This document shows positions 1 to 12,285 of a stretch of 64,000 nt of DNA, piece by piece. Each line of letters opens with the position of its first letter. Position 1 is the first letter of the stretch. The position numbers and the translations under genes were made by a program. This DNA comes from Octopus vulgaris (taxonomy: Eukaryota). The notes below the pieces were generated by a model. The model did no database searches, was not told the DNA's origin, and saw nothing but the letters and a program-made list of their open reading frames with translations. The stretch covers positions 12,090,001 through 12,154,000 of the forward strand of contig OX597827.1 in NCBI GenBank assembly GCA_951406725.2, read 5' to 3'.

Positions 1-37
1 TCTGTGTCACACAGAATCTCTCTGAAAACTGCATCAA

Positions 38-259
38 CCCTTTTGTTACCATATTTCTGTTGAGATGCTCTGTGTTTCTTTCAATTAATTTTAAATATAA
101 CAAAGAATTTAGTAAAATAACTTAGTCATCATTAAGCTAGTGTTAGGAACATAAATTGTGACTAAGGATTAGTGAAAGATTTTAATTCAAAACTTATGAA
201 AACAAGACATTTATACTATAGAGCCAGAGCCGGTTTCAGCCGGGTTGGTAACGAAAGGG
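38..259. mobile_element. piggyBac-like MITE, copy 1 (222 bp)
   Basis: Terminal inverted repeats CCCTTTTGTTACC / GGTAACGAAAGGG. Right flank is TTAA (260-263) and left flank is TCAA. A TTAA target with CCC termini is typical of piggyBac. Confidence 0.8.
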
Positions 260-290
260 TTAAGAATTGTTTCTCTATTATATAATTTAA

Positions 291-512
291 CCCTTTTGTT
301 ACCATATTTCTGTTGAGATGCTCTGTGTTTCTTTCAATTAATTTTAAATATAACAAAGAATTTAGTAAACTAACTTAGTTATCATTAAGCTAGTGTTAGG
401 AACATAAATTGTGACTAAGGATTGGTGAAAGATTTTAATTCAAAACTTATGAAAACAAGACATTTATACTATAGAGCCAGAGCCGGTTTTGGCCAGGTTG
501 GTAACGAAAGGG
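291..512. mobile_element. piggyBac-like MITE, copy 2 (222 bp)
   Basis: Near-identical to 38-259, with TTAA on both sides (287-290 and 513-516). Confidence 0.85.
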
Positions 513-816
513 TTAAGATTACACACATTGGTGGAATTCTCATTCACGTATGCATTAATTTCTTGAGCAGGCTGTTCCAATAATTAGATCAACTGGAACA
601 ACTGTCATCATAACCAACAGAGTAACAGCTTCTTTATTTAAAGTCTATAGTGCTGTACCAAAGTTGGCAGTTGTGGTAATGCTGAATTCTGCCAATTGCA
701 ATTCTGTTTCTTAGTGAAAGTAATTCTATCATTTTCCCACTTTTTCCAATTTTTCAAAATGGTTTTGCTACATTCATCGATATTACTAGTGTTTTATATT
801 GTATGATCATACATAT

Positions 817-989
817 GAGGAGTGGCTGTGTGGTAAGTAGCTTGCTTACGAACCACATGGTTCCGAGTTCAGTCCTACTGCGTGGCACCTTGGGCACCGA
901 TCAAAGCCTTGTGAGTGGATTTGGTAGACGGAAACTGAAAGAAGCCTGTCATATATATGTGTAAATATATATATATATATATATATATA

Positions 990-1023
<34 letters not shown>

Positions 1024-1245
1024 TATATGTTTGTGTGTCTGTAATTGTCCCTCCAACATCGCTTGACAACCGATGGTGGTGTGTTTACATCCTCGTAACT
1101 TAGCAGTTCAGCGAAAGAGACCGATAGAATAAGTGCTAGGCTTACAAAGAATAAGTCCTGGGTGGGTCGATTTGCTTGACTAAAGGTGGTGCTCCAGCAT
1201 GGCCACAGTAAAACAAGTAAAAGTAAAAGAGAGTAAAAGAGAAAG
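817..1245 (+). mobile_element. SINE family A (tRNA-like head, internal TA/TG microsatellite, AAGAGTAA-type tail)
   Basis: A-box-like TGGCTGTGTGG and B-box-like GTTCAGTCC. Body and tail match the other copies in the window. Confidence 0.8.
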
Positions 1246-1597
1246 AGAATGAGGTCATTTGGGACCACATATTTAATTTTTCCTGAGTTTATCATTTATT
1301 TGGGGCTAGTGTCGTTACCTTTATTTCATAATGCTGATTGTACAAGAAGATAAGAATTAGGATGATGAAGATGACTGTGAGAGATCAATGAAATTTTGGT
1401 AATTAGTCTGTAAAATGCAACTTCTACTGTAATTTATTTCACATGTTTTTTTAAATAATCATTTTATATTTATTTTTTTCCATGAATATTCAATTATCTG
1501 ATTTTAGTTTGTATTTTTCACCCTGCAGCATATTACAATTTATATACCTTTATATATATATAAGGTGTACATATGTGTGTGTGTGTCTGTGTGTCTG

Positions 1598-1654
1598 TGT
1601 GAGAGAGAGAGAGCGGGAGGGGGGGAGCAGGAGGGAAAAAGAGAAAGAGGGAAA

Positions 1655-1688
<34 letters not shown>

Positions 1689-2252
1689 CAGGAGGGAAAG
1701 AGAGAGAGAGAGAGGGAGGGGGAGAGCAGGAGGGAAAAAGAGAAAGAGAGAGAAAGAGGGAGGGAAAAAGAGAAAGAGAGAGAGAGAGCAGGAGGGAGAG
1801 AGCAAGAGGGAAAAGAGAAAGAGAGAGAGAGGGAGGGAGAGAGCAGGAAGGAAAAAGAGAAAGAGGGAATGAGAGAAAGAGAGAGAGAGAGAGAGAGAGG
1901 GGGAGAGGGAGAAAGCAAGAGCGAAAAAGAGAAAGAGAGAGGGAGGGAGGGAGAGAGCAGGAGGGAAAATAGAAAGAGAGAGAGAGAGAGGGAGGGAGAG
2001 AGCAGGAGGGAAAAAGAGAAAGAGAGAGAGAGAAGGGGGAGGGAGAGAGCAGGAGTGAAAAAGAGAAATGGAGAAAGAGAGAGAGAGAGATGGAGGGAGA
2101 GAGCAGGAGGGAAAAAGAGAAAGAGAGAGAGAGAGAGAGAGGGAGGGAGAGAGCAGGAGGGAAAATAGAAAGAGAGAGAGAGAGAGGGAGGGAGAGAGCA
2201 GGAGGGAAAAAGAGAAAGAGAGAGAAGGGGGAGGGAGAGAGCAGGAGGGAAA

Positions 2253-2294
<42 letters not shown>

Positions 2295-2340
2295 AGCAGG
2301 AAGGAAAAGAGAAAGAGAGAGAGAGAGAGGGAGGGAGAGC
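1598..2340 (+). repeat. GA-rich purine tract with an imperfect ~40-45 bp higher-order unit
   Basis: About 740 bp that are almost all purine, with recurring gggagagagcaggagggaaaaagagaaagagag. Confidence 0.9.
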
Positions 2341-2710
2341 GCGCATGCACTCTTTATAACAATAATTGTTTCGGATAAATAAAAGTGGTTTGAGAAGTTC
2401 ATGGCATTCAGACATGTTTTACTTATTTTTCTTTGAAACTTTTTGACAAAACATTAATCCACACACTTGTTACAACCTTTTCTGGATCTCTTTCAAAACC
2501 ACATGCCATTGCTGATTTCAGCAAAGAAACCCGAAGAACTACAACAAAGAATATGATTTGTGCTTCAGTTGTTAAGATCTTTACTGTTACATGTCTGTGT
2601 GCACTAAATGGAATTGATTGAATCAGCTAATAGTATTTAAGTAATTTATTTGAGTACGAAGTTAATCTTAATTTATCTCAGAGCTAAACGAGTCAATATA
2701 ATTCTGGTAT

Positions 2711-3126
2711 AGGCGCAGGAGTGGCTGTGTGGTAAGTAGCTTGCTAACCAACCACATGGTTCCGGGTTCAGTCTCACTGCATGGCATCTTGGGCAAGTGT
2801 CTTCTGCTATAGCCCCGGGCCGACCAAATGCCTTGTGAGTGGATTTGGTAGACGGAAACTGAAAGAAGCCTGTTGTATATATGTATATATATATATATAT
2901 ATATTTGTGTTTGTGTGTTTGTGTTTGTCCCCCTAGCATTGCTTGACAACCGATGCTGGTGTGTTTACGTCCCCATCACTTAGCGGTTCAATAAAAGAGA
3001 CCGATAGAATAAGAACTGGGCTTACAAAGAATATGTCCCGGGGTCGAGTTGCTCGACTAAAGGTGGTGCTCCAGCATGGCCGTAGTCAAATGACTGAAAC
3101 AAGTAAAAGAGTAAAGAGTAAGAGTA
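2711..3126 (+). mobile_element. SINE family A, full length
   Basis: Runs from AGGCGCAGGAGTGGCTGTGTGG through GGTTCAGTC and (TA)n(TG)n to a gactgaaacaagtaaaagagt tail. Confidence 0.85.
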
Positions 3127-3316
3127 TGTCATATGAACATATGCCATGTAATATTTTAAAATCAACAATTTTAGGTAGCATTATTCAATTTATAAAACAC
3201 TAATAGAGAAAAATGGGGTTAGTAATTAGAATAGTCTTGATAGTTTATTAAACCAACCATTGACTGAATTTATCAAATAATTTGTCAAAAGAAAAATATC
3301 TAATTAAAAGGATTAT

Positions 3317-3488
3317 AGGTGCAGGAGTGGTTGTGTGGTAAGTAGCTTGTTTACCAACCACATGGTTCTGGGTTCAGTCCCACTGCGTGGCACCTTGGGC
3401 GAGTGTCTTCTACTATAGCCTCAGGCCGACCAGTGCCTTGTGAGTGGATTTGGTAGACGGAAACTGAAAGAAGCCCATCATATATATG

Positions 3489-3528
<40 letters not shown>

Positions 3529-3744
3529 TGTGTGTGTTTGTGTGTCTGTGTTTGTCCCCCTCACATTGCTTGACAACCGATGCTGGTGTGTTTACGTCCC
3601 CGTTACTTAGCAGTTCGGCAAAAAGAGACTGATAGAATAAGTACTGGGCTTACAAAAGAGAATAAGTCCCGGGGTCGAGTTGCTCGATTAAAGGCGGTGC
3701 TCCAGCATGGCCACAGTCAAATAACTGAAACAAGTAAAAGAGTA
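3317..3744 (+). mobile_element. SINE family A, full length
   Basis: Same head, body and tail as the other family A copies. Confidence 0.85.
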
Positions 3745-3989
3745 ATCATATGAATATGAAAACAATTAAAAAGAGAAAAGTAAAACATGTTTCACAAGAA
3801 TTCCAATTGTAATTATTATAAGAACAGCTGATTTTCAGGAAGTCACTCACTAGTATATTCCAATCTCTAACCCATATATATGCTGTTTCCTTCATCTACC
3901 TTCTCTGCTGCTACTTATAGTGGCTTATAGTTTCTCAGAGCTAGCTACCTCATACTATATTCACTCAGTGTCACCTGATTCACGCATCT

Positions 3990-4180
3990 TTTCTCTTCTC
4001 ATCCCCCATATTGTGTTTACATCTCCATAGCCTAAACTAGTCGCTATAATCTTCCTTCCATTGCAAATTGTCAACCTCTTGAATTCTATCTTCTCTGACA
4101 ATATTTTTTCTTGCAGCCTCAAACTTGCAGCTGTTCATGAAGATATCAGAAATATCAATCACACCAATCTCAATGAGCCT
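3990..4180 (+). mobile_element. Possible highly decayed CR1/L2-like LINE 3' remnant
   Basis: A frameshifted translation resembles the 'F..R.VN.WNSL....V.A' C-terminal motif (gtcaacctcttgaattctatc). The evidence is weak. Confidence 0.3.
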
Positions 4181-4311
4181 GTGATGGTCATCAACATAAC
4201 ATCTTCCTCAAAACCAAAACAAATGCATAAATAAATAAAAAAATTAAATTTTAAACACACAGATTATATTTTAAATGCTTCTCCTGTAAAATATCAAAAA
4301 AAAACTCATCT

Positions 4312-4710
4312 AGGCGCAGGAGTGGCTGTGTGGTAAGTAGCTTGCTAACCAACCACATGGTTCCGGGTTCAGTCCCACTGCGTGGCATCTTGGGCAAGTG
4401 TCTTCTGCTATAGCCCCGGGCCGACCAATGCCTTGTGAGTGGATTTGGTTGACGGAAACTGAAAGAAGCCTGTTGTATATATGTATATATATGTATATAT
4501 GTGTGTGTGTGTTTGTCCCCCTAGCATTGCTTGACAACCAATGCTGGTGTGTTTACGTCCCCGTCACTTAGCAATTCGGCAAAAGAGACTGATAGAATAA
4601 GTACTGGGCTTACAAAGAATAAGTCCTGGGGTCGATTTGCTCAACTAAAGGCGGTGCTCCAGCATGGCCGCAGTCAAATGACTGAAACAAGTAAAAGAGT
4701 AAAGAGAGTA
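4312..4710 (+). mobile_element. SINE family A, full length
   Basis: Same head, body and tail as the other family A copies. Confidence 0.85.
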
Positions 4711-4922
4711 ACATTTGCTTAGTGTTATAATCTTCCCTAATCAAGATATGGCAGCAAAGAAATCCTTATAAAAAGAGACTAAGCATCAAATAATGCTTTT
4801 AAAGCCTATTACACTTGAATAAGGAAATAGATATGAAATGATAGCGTATTTTAATCTGCATATCTGTCAGCCATTTTAAATGAATAATTTGAGAATTTCA
4901 CTGAAAATGACTATGGAACAGA

Positions 4923-5215
4923 GTCATCCTCATCATTTAACGTCTGTTGTCCATGCTGGCATGGGTTGGACAGTTTGACCAGGACTAGTAAGCTGAGGAG
5001 CTGCACCAGACTCCAGTCTGATTTGGCATGGTTTCTACAGCTGGATGCCCTTCCTAACACCAACCGCTTCAAGAAGAGTGTATTGTGCCACCAGCACGGG
5101 GCCCAGTTGTGTGACACCAGTATCTGCCACAACTATGATTTCACTTGGCTTGATGGGTCTTTTACTCAATCACAGCATATTGCCAAAGGTCTCAGTCATT
5201 TCTCATTGCCTCTGT
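4923..5215 (-). mobile_element. (GAT)n-tailed LINE-like 3' repeat (family D)
   Basis: Reverse complement of ...ggaagggcatccagctgtagaaac...ccaacccatgccagcatgga...gttaaatgatga, which is also seen at 10790-10942. Confidence 0.7.
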
Positions 5216-5629
5216 CAGACCCATGTCAAATGATGATAGAACATTGTTATCATTTCATTGCTAGAAGGAATTGAAATTTGTGACTTTCATATTGTAGTGT
5301 ATGTTTTTAAGGGGTACTAGCTTGCAACTAAGGGATAAAGCTATTTTCTCTCACTTTTTGACTTTATGATGAAGAACTAGTCCTGGGTATGACAATAAAT
5401 TGCTCTGGGTATTGATGCTCCACCTCAGGTGTTCAAGAGTTTGAGGAGAATGAAAATCTCTAACCCCTTTGTCTCCATTACTACCAGTTTCCATCTACCA
5501 AATCCACTCCCAAGACTTTGGTTGGCCCCTGAGGCTATAGCAGAAGACCCTTACCCAAGGTTCCATGCAGTGGGACTTAACCCAGAACCATATGGTGTGG
5601 AAGCAAGCTTCTTACTGCATAGCAACTCC

Positions 5630-5665
<36 letters not shown>

Positions 5666-5668
<3 letters not shown>

Positions 5669-5935
5669 GGGAAGCTTTATGAAAATAGACAAAAGACGAA
5701 GGCAGGTTTACAGAAATAAACAAAAGACGAAGGCAGGTGGAATACAAACAAACAATTGTATTAGTATGGCGCTCAGGAAATATAAATAAAACAAGTCTTT
5801 AACGTTTCAAGCCTACGCTCTTCAACAGAAAGATACACAGAGAAAAAACACAGAAAGAAGGAGAGAAAAAAAATATATGCATGCAGAGGCTAGCGAATCA
5901 ACATGCCGATCTGATTTCGGCCAGAAGTCAAAGAT
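5666..5935 (-). mobile_element. Penelope-type pLTR-like short element in (TA)n with a degenerate hammerhead-like motif (5795-5834)
   Basis: The minus strand reads tcttt-CTGTTGA-agagc-gtag-gctt-GAAACGTTA-aagac. (TA)n lies on both sides. It shares ttcctgagcg...taatac with the 62-kb element and a diverged version with the 29.1-kb element. Confidence 0.6.
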
Positions 5936-6855
5936 ATATATATATATATATATATGACATTCTTCCTCTCAGATTCCATCTACCAAATTCGTTCATAATT
6001 CATTAGTCATTAGTCAGCCGAGAGATATAATAGAAAATTTTTGCCCAAAGTACCAAAGTATTGTACAATGGGACTGAACCCAAAACCACATGATTGCAAA
6101 GCTAGCTGCTTAACAACTCAGCCATGAGTGCAACTAGATTTTTTTCTTTCTTTTTATCTTTTTTGTCATTTGTTTAATGTTTATTATAACAGGTTCTCAG
6201 AATTAAACATATGCTGCAATATAATATCTTACCACTATCTTTCAATGTCTACATCATTCCCATTTTCAGCTCAACATTAAAAGTAATAAATGCAAAACAC
6301 ATTTTGTCTAGAGAAGATACTATACTTTATGTTCTGCTTAATTTGAAAATACTTCATTCAAATTAAAAACATTTCGAAACAATAAAGCAAAAATAAATAA
6401 ATAAATAAATAAACAAATAAGCATTCCTTTCAGGGTTTGAACCTCAGATATTTATATTTATATTTATATTTATGTATAAAAAAAATAAATAATACGCAGT
6501 GGGGGGAAAATTGTTAATGAGATGAAACAATGTGACACATGAACATTGTTAGTGAAGGTATAACACTTTAAACAGATGAAATTAGTGAACCTATAAACCC
6601 TTTGAAATTCTATTAATAATTTACAAAAACAATACTTTTAATAATGTGGTTGTCTTCTGGCATAAAACAGCTTTTAAAAATAAACATACATCTGTTTCAG
6701 CATCTATACTTGCTAATGAGCTCGTATTGTTATCTGAAAAGTGTCTGTAACAAGCCAATTATTGATCAAAACAGCCAGCTTCTAATATCGCTGGAACATT
6801 GGCTGTTGTTATTATAGTTGCTATTGCTGTTTTAACCCTAGGTCAACCATGATTG

Positions 6856-7254
6856 GGCGCAGGAGTGGCTGTGTGGTAAGTAGCTTGCTAACCAACCACA
6901 CGGTACCGGGTTCAGTCCCCCACTGCGTGGCATCTTGGGCAAGTGTCTTCTGCTATAGCCTCGGGCCGACCAAAGCCTTGTGAGTGGATTTGGTAGACGG
7001 AAACTGAAAGAAGCCCGTCGTATATATATATATATGTGTCTGTGTATGTTTGTGTGTCTGTGTTTGTCCCCCTAGCATTGCTTGACAACCGATGCTGGTG
7101 TGTTTACGTCCCCGTTACTTAGCGGTTCGGCAAAAGAGACCGATAGAATAAGTACTGGGCTTACAAAAGAATAAGTCCCGGGGTCGATTTGCTCGATTAA
7201 AGGCGGTGCTCCAGCATGGCCGCAGTCAAATGACTGAAACAAGTAAAAGAATAA
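6856..7254 (+). mobile_element. SINE family A, full length
   Basis: Same head, body and tail as the other family A copies. Confidence 0.85.
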
Positions 7255-8423
7255 ACGAGTATGATTGAGCCAACTTATGATCAAAGGCCTTTCCCAACCA
7301 TGACCATCTTGAGTATGTGTGTGTGTGTGTTTAAATAACTATGACTATATTTTCTTATATGACTTTATTTTTTCCATATTTGTGACAGTCAAGTAATTTT
7401 TTTGCGGTGGAAAGGGAGGAATTCACTGTTATTTCTAGCATGTCTAATGACCATATAAAAGCTCCCCCTTTTTTTTTTTTTTGGTGGGTGGGCTGAATGG
7501 TAGTGAGTCACAAATATGAGACTTACTTTGATGAGAAAGTATCTGATCTTGAAAGAATAAAATTCAGTTTTCAGTGTAATGCAGATTTTAGTCACTCATC
7601 TCGGTCTCTCTCTCTCTCTCTCTCTTATTTTTCTCCCCCCCCGCTCTCTGCCTCCTCTCTCTCTTTATCTCTCTCTCTCTCTCTCTCCTCTCTCCGTCTC
7701 TATCTATCTATCTATAAATCTTTCCTCTCACTCCTAAATAGGACAAGCCTGAATTATTACATAGAAACATGTTCCTTTCCCCAATAGAGTAATTAAAGAT
7801 TGATGCTCTGAGCTGCCTAATAATTTAAAGGTTTCTCTTGTCACATAATGACATACTTTTAATAGCTAAGTTGTAAGCTCGGATTTCCTTGTAAGTCATT
7901 TCCGAAGAAGATTGGCAAATAAAAAGATGTTGGCCAATACGATTGTGCGACTGACAAAGCAGATTATATTACAAGTTCCACAGCTTTCTTAGAAAGACAT
8001 TTTGGTTGACGGCGAACAGGAAAATCAATTTCTATCCATGTAATGGACATATTGTGGAAGCTGCATTAAGCATGCGTCTTGTGTATTACAACTGCCGAGA
8101 TGTTGCGTATATTTCCTTGGAAATATTTTGATATTAATCCTTCAATTATGGATAATATAATATACAGCTGATATGGAATATAGGAATTAACTTTATCAGC
8201 CGTAATTTGTAGTAAACAAATGCTTCTAAAATGCTTACAATCCAAATTTATAATAATTCTTATCAATAATGACGGCATATGCACATGCATATACATTTAT
8301 ATACATACATATATATCATATATACGTATGTATATACATTTATATATATATATATGCACATACACACATACATACGTACATACATACATTTATATATATA
8401 TACACACATATATATATATATAC

Positions 8424-8519
<96 letters not shown>

Positions 8520-9019
8520 GTATATATATAGCATGTATGTGTATATAAATGCATATTGGAAAACAAATAAAGGATTTATATATGCGAGCAATTAACAAAT
8601 ATATTTATTGTAGCCTGGAGAGGATTTGTTTGCATCTAAGCTACTAACAAATATAGTCATGTAATTCTTTTAGAAATTATATGACATGTTTTCATCTTTA
8701 AACATTACATAAAGGAAATTTGTTTGTTTCTGATATATATATATATGTATATATATATCGTTTACTGCTAAGATTTTCACATTACTAACTATTCAACCAA
8801 AAGCAGAATATCTAGTTAACCTGTTTTGGGAATCACGAGGATTTTATAAGGTTTGTACAATATCTATAGTTTCGTCAACGTTAAATAGATGGGAGATATA
8901 TCTTCTCGTTGGAGAGGTTGTTAGTCTATCACATGTAGATTTTTTTCCCTACAGGAAGAAGAAGAAGGGAACGAAACATTACAAGCTTGTTGATTTGGCA
9001 GCACAGCCATTGAGTGGTG

Positions 9020-9051
<32 letters not shown>

Positions 9052-9114
9052 GCTTCATCATCATCATCATTGTCGTCATCATCGTCATCATAATTCTCTC
9101 TATCATTGTCATTG

Positions 9115-9148
<34 letters not shown>

Positions 9149-9239
9149 CCTCCTCATCACCATTCTCATCATCATTCTCATCATCATCATCATCATTGTC
9201 GTCGTCATCGTCATCATAATTCTCTTATCATTGTCATTG

Positions 9240-9270
<31 letters not shown>

Positions 9271-9457
9271 CATCATTCTCATCATGATCATCATCATCAT
9301 CATCAGCTTCAACATCATCATTGTCATCATCATTGTCATCATCATCATCATCCTCATCATTCTCATCATCATCATCATCATCATCAGCTTCAACATCATC
9401 ATTGTCATCATCATTGTCATCATCATCGTCATCATAATTCTCTTATCATTGTCATTG

Positions 9458-9497
<40 letters not shown>

Positions 9498-9595
9498 CAT
9501 CATTCTCATCATCATCATCATCATCAGCATCAGCTTCATCATCATCATCATTGTCGTCATCACTGTCATCATAATTCTCTCTATCATTGTCATTG

Positions 9596-9641
<46 letters not shown>

Positions 9642-9723
9642 CATCATTCTCATCATTATCATCATCATCATCATCATCAGCTTCATCATCATCATTATCA
9701 TCATCATCATCATCATCATCATT

Positions 9724-9785
<62 letters not shown>

Positions 9786-9935
9786 CATCATTCTCATCAT
9801 CATCATCATCATCAGCTTCATCATCATCATCCTTGTTGTCATCATCGTCATCATAATTTTCTCTATCATTGTTATTGTCATATTCATCATCATCCTCATC
9901 ATTATCATCATCATCATCATTATCACCATCATCAT
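9020..9935. repeat. (CAT)n trinucleotide array with higher-order variant blocks
   Basis: About 915 bp of CAT with recurring variants (agcttc, tgtcgtc, aattctctctatcattgtc). Confidence 0.95.
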
Positions 9936-10365
9936 CACCAGTGATTTAATGTGCACCTTCCCTTTGCTTGTATAGGTCAGAGGAAATTAGCTGAGACAAA
10001 TTTTTCTTCATCATGGTGCTTCCTTTCCTGCTACTAACCACCATCTCATTTGCAGTAAGTTAATATTTCTTCCTGGTCAGACATATTTAGCTACCACCTT
10101 TTATTTTTGTTGGGTAGGGAGACTGGTTGCTCATTATTCTATGTATTTCCATGAAGACTGAAAACGAAAGAAACCATTGGTATGAGAACGATGCCCGTTT
10201 ACTACAATCACATGATGTCAAGACAAGTGGAGAGTAACCCACACATACATGTACACATACTTATATATATGTGAGCAAGGGTGTGTGAGTATTTGCTACA
10301 GCATGACCACAGCTTTCGGGCTGAAGCATAAAAGAAATAAATGCAAAATATATATGTATGTATAT

Positions 10366-10942
10366 CACCATCCGGACGTGGCCGATGCCAGCGCCGCCTT
10401 GACTGGCTTCTGTGCCGGTGGCACGTAAAAAGCACCATCGGAATGTGGCTGATGCCAGCGCCGCCTTAACTGGCTTCTGTGCCGGTGGCACGTAAAAAGC
10501 ACCATCCGAACGTGGCCGATGCCAGCGCAGCATTGACTGGCTTCCGTGTCGGTGGCACGTAAAAAGCACCATCCGAACATGGCCAATGCCAGCGCCGCCT
10601 TGACTTGCTTCTGTGCCGGTGGCACGTAAAAAGCACCATCTGAACGTGGCCGATGCCAGCCCCGCCTTGACTGGCTTCCGTGTCGGTGGCACGTAAAAAG
10701 CACCAACCGATCGTGGCCGCTGCCAGACACCCCTGGCACCTGTGCCGGTGGCACGTAAAAAGCACCCACTACACTCATGGAGTGGTTGGTGTTAGGAAGG
10801 GCATCCAACTGTAGAAACACTGCCAGATCAGACTGGAGCCTGGTGCAGCCTCCTGGCTTCCCAGACCCCGGTCGAACCGTCCAACCCATGCCAGCACGGA
10901 AAACAGACATTAAAACGATGATGATGATGATGATGATGATGA
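10366..10942 (+). mobile_element. Family D LINE-like 3' end containing a 67-bp tandem array and a (GAT)n tail
   Basis: The GCACC anchor recurs at 10432, 10499, 10566, 10633, 10700 (67-bp period) and 10762. The family D terminus and (gat)n follow. Confidence 0.8.
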
Positions 10943-11260
10943 TATAAGTATGCTCTTTTTATTTTCTTATTCTTTTATGCATTTCAGCTCAGAGGCTGTG
11001 GCCATGCAGGGCCACTACCGATATCATCACCTTTCCAATGGTCAATCTGATGCAATTGTCTTTTGGTGGAGGAGGGAGTTTGATATTGCCTTCTTTTGTG
11101 TTTACTGTCATGAATTAGGGTCAGCTGAAACCTTGGACAGCAAGAGGTCAAATTGTTTCTTGCAAACATCGACCCCTATTCCATGTAGATCTCTCAGATG
11201 TTTTGGGAAGGTGTATTATATATATATACATATATTTGTATATCTGTGTGTTTCTTTATG

Positions 11261-11674
11261 TACTCTTACTCTTTTACTCTTTTACTTGTTTCAGTCATTT
11301 GACTGTGGCCATGCTGGAGCACCGCCTTTCGTCGATCAAATCGACTTATTCTTTGTATGTCTAGTACTTATTTTATCGGTCTCTTTTTGCCGAACCGCTA
11401 AGTTACAGGGACGTAAACACACCAGCATCGGTTGTCAAGCGATGTTGGGGGGGACAAACACAGACACATAAACACGCACATACACACATATATATATATA
11501 TACATATATACGACAGGCTTCTTTCAGTTTCCGTCTACCAAATCCACTCACAAGGCTTTGGTCGGCCCAAGGCTATAGTAGAAGACACTTGCTCAAGATG
11601 CCACGCAGTGGGACTGAACCCGGAACGATGTGGTTGGTAAGCAAGCTACTTACCACACAGCCACTCCTGCGCCT
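11261..11674 (-). mobile_element. SINE family A, full length
   Basis: Reverse complement of family A. Confidence 0.85.
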
Positions 11675-11877
11675 ATGTATGTATATTTCTAAAAATTCCT
11701 CAGATGCAGCAGTGTGGCTGTTTTCCTTTCTCATGTCAACGAGTCAGCTGCTGGTTCCAAGATCCCTTAAATGAAATAAAATAGGCCAAGTGTTGGTGAC
11801 AGGAAGAGCATGCAACTGTAAAAAATACCTTGTCAATATATTCTTCTAATCCATGCTGGCATGAAAAAAGTGGACAT

Positions 11878-12285
11878 AGGTGCAGGAGTGGCTGTGTGGT
11901 AAGTAGCTTGATTACCAACCACATGGTTCCGGGTTCAGTCCCACTGTGTGGCACCTTGGGCAAGTGTCTTCTACTACAGCCTCGGGCCAACCAAAGCCTT
12001 GTGAGTGGATTTGGTAGATGGAAACTGAAAGAAGCCCGTCGTATATATATGCATGTATATATATATATGCGTGTGTGTGTTTGTGTGTCTGTGTTTGTCC
12101 CCCTAGCATTGCTTGACAACCGATGCTGGTGTGTTTATGTCCCCCGTTACTTAGCGGTTCGGCAAAAGAGACCGATAGAATAAGTACTGGGCTTACAAAA
12201 GAATAAGTCCCGGAGTCGAGTTGCTCGATTAAAAGCGGTGCTCCAGCATGGCCGCAGTCAAATGACTGTAACAAGTAAAAAGAGT
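11878..12285 (+). mobile_element. SINE family A, full length
   Basis: Same head, body and tail as the other family A copies. Confidence 0.85.

Noticed and set aside
1482-2415. Long ORFs in the track (poly-ER/SL here; poly-H/I/M/YI/CV/TH elsewhere)
   Set aside because: They are translations of stop-free simple repeats and are open in many frames.
2712-2785. tRNA genes
   Set aside because: The A/B-box heads belong to SINEs and continue into SINE bodies; I found no stand-alone cloverleaf.
2668-3203. Recurrent peptides such as 'EDTCPRCHAVGLNPEPCGW' and 'FQSFDCGHAGAPP'
   Set aside because: These are incidental translations of SINE family A; the frames are broken among copies.
10366-10790. CRISPR-like array (constant ~26-bp palindromic block with ~40-bp intervals)
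   Set aside because: The intervals are near-identical to each other, the context is eukaryotic, there are no cas genes, and the array sits inside a (GAT)n-tailed retroelement end.
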